Position numbers and translations under genes: made by a program. DNA of 62,430 nt, the filler included, from Choristocarpus tenellus KU-1152 (taxonomy: Eukaryota; Protista; Phaeophyceae), in assembly GCA_964200185.2 (NCBI GenBank). It is 7 parts of 7 records of this genome, joined end to end, with 100 filler letters (N's around TTAATTAATTAA, not from the genome) between each part and the next. Parts side by side here need not be neighbours in the genome. Positions count along the whole stretch, not along the records: positions 54,036 to 62,430 come from CAXNAD020004763.1; 6 more parts are not named here. One strand, given 5' to 3'. The notes under the pieces are model-generated. The model worked only from the letters and a program-made list of their open reading frames with translations, did not search any database and was not told the DNA's origin. Of this stretch, positions 60,322 to 62,430 are shown piece after piece. How positions within the stretch are numbered: position 1 is the first letter of the stretch; the number at the start of each line of letters is the position of its first letter.

Positions 60322-61764
60322 ATAACAATGCATTTTTTCTCCAGTCTATTCCACCCTCTCACAATTTTATGTGAGAGGAAAGCGAAAAATTCCCAGATTA
60401 GTTGGCAGACCCTGTAGTATAAGGCCCCTACCCGATTTTAAAAAACTGATTCACATTCATTATTGTTGTCCCAGAGAATCAACATGACTAGATTTTTGGG
60501 GGAACTAATCTAAGGGGTAAGGCGATTTTCAGGTACTTGAACGAAACCCCCATAGTGGGCCAAATCCATATAAATCAGTTGAGATAGTCTGCCCAGTGGA
60601 AAAGATCGCATGTATGAGATCCAGGCCGTGAAATACATTCCGTGTGGAACGATCTGAAGCGACAAAAGGTGATGTCTATGAGCACATGCATGTTGAGTTG
60701 GCTGGCACTATATCTGGGGTATTAAAACTCGCTCCATGGGAGGTATCAGAGGCGAATACCTGGCTTAAAGAGGTCATCGGACCGTTCTTAATCAGGGAGC
60801 AAGCACCAGTAGTGGGCGTTGGCCTTAACTGTTGACTGTGTGACCATCGAGAAGAAGGTAGTATCAAGATCGATGATGGATGATGGATGATGGTCAAATA
60901 TTCTGAACACTCGGCGAAGGTTGAAGATATGGCACAATTGGATCTCGTCTACGAGGAGACAAAGGACATCCCATCTTGGAGGTACAAGCATGTTGTGGTG
61001 ATGAAAACGGAGTTAAAACCGTTGGCAAGTGGTCTGCAAATTTTACATGGTCGCAGTGTCAAAAGGGTGATATTTGGAGACAATGGACTACACCAACTTA
61101 CTTTTTAAATGACAAGGCCGAGGTCATGATATTGACTACAAACACTTGCAGCAACAAGGTGGTTGTCGAGCATGTGTCAGTGACACCTGGCCTGTGTTGG
61201 ATGTGTTGAATAGCTTAGCACAGGAAAGGCTTGTTTGCTGAAAGCTGCTGGTTAAGTTTCATGGTGAACACACACTGAATTATTAATTATCCGCTGGGCC
61301 TTTGTATTAGCCATCCATTATCTCTGACATACGCCCAAAGACTGGTCCATATCGTAAAATAGATAAATGTACGTAAAACTTTATTATATACTTGTATTAG
61401 CAAACACAACGTAAGTGTAACACTAGTTATTCGATATCCTCCCCTTGCTGAAAACAAGTATTAACCCTTAAACAAAAACAATCACAACACCAACAAAAAA
61501 ACTACACGGGTTATCCCTCTACATATTCGTAAAAAAAATCACATGTTGTCTAAAAATTCTTACTCTCAAATCCTTGGTCAACACACCTGCCCTCTGGTTT
61601 TTAGAACCAACAAAAACAACACAAACCTCTCCTTTTCTAAGTCCCTCAAAATATTGTGCCGGACATCATTGAGCTTTGTTCTAGTAGAGCTTGTGGTATT
61701 TCGTACTAGTTGGCATACGCCATCACTGTCCTCAAACATGCCAATGCAACGCATCGAGAACTAT

Positions 61765-62425
61765 TGTCACAGGTGATATGTCTTGATGGCGGTTTCACAA
61801 ACGCCATTATGACATTGAAGTTCTAGATTTGATATATTTATACTTCTTGATTATTTATTTATTATTTGGTCATTATGGTCTCCGATTGTGATAAGACACC
61901 GTTGATAATTTCCTTTTATACCATGATTTTGACAATAATCCAAGTGAGAGATCCAGCACACTTGACGACCTGTGCATCAGGAGTCCTATACGTACATCAG
62001 TATCATCTATTAAGCCTGTAGATGGGAGCTATACATCCTGTGGAGGTAAGCTTTCGGGGTCGTCTGTAACATGGAGGTCCTATCGAGACTTCCATCCTGT
62101 AACATGGATGGTCCTCGGTAGTTACAGGTGCCCCAGAAATCTTACCTCCACAGGATGTATAGCTCCCATCTACAGGCTTATAGATGATACTGATGTACGT
62201 ATAGGACTCCTGATGCACAAGTCATCAAGTATGATGGAACTCTCACTTGGATTATTGTCAAAATCATGGTATAAAAGGAACTGATCAACGGTGTCTTATC
62301 ACAATCGGAGACCATAATGACCAAATAATTAATAAATAATCAAGAAGTATAAATATATCAAATCTAGAACTTCAATGTCATAATGGCGTTTGTGAAACCG
62401 CCATCAAGACATATCGCCTGTAACA
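61765..62425. repeat. Long inverted repeat (two ~305-bp arms, ~50-bp spacer)
   Basis: 61765-62071 is the near-perfect reverse complement of 62120-62425; outer termini TGTCACAGG...CCTGTAACA. Confidence 0.97.
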
Positions 62426-62430
62426 TGCCC

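Overview
Eukaryotic, repeat-rich genomic DNA made of seven contigs joined by artificial 100-nt N/TTAATTAATTAA spacers, so adjacency across spacers is not guaranteed. GT-AG introns, 72-nt LRR exons, TTAGGG tracts and the retroelement types suggest a stramenopile of the brown-algal lineage (inference). Spliced host genes reconstructed by eye: the 3' part of an NSE3/MAGE gene, a MYCBP2-like RING-Cys-relay E3 ligase with an IBR-like domain, the 3' part of an SVOP/OCT-like MFS transporter and a complete mitochondrial ribosomal protein L49 gene. There is also a decaying array of duplicated LRR exon cassettes. Mobile DNA includes a degenerate chromodomain Ty3/Gypsy element, a DIRS/Ngaro remnant, CRE-like and Penelope-like fragments, a Foldback-like element, a 305-bp-arm hairpin and at least 17 copies of two related MITE families. 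The most unusual signals are a bacterial-type beta-class N4/N6 DNA-methyltransferase fold with replaced catalytic and SAM-binding motifs in a CpG-rich contig (12.4-16.8 kb), and a possible TVpol (polinton-like virus/virophage) fragment near 52.7-53.0 kb. All protein calls come from motif recognition by eye, not from database searches.
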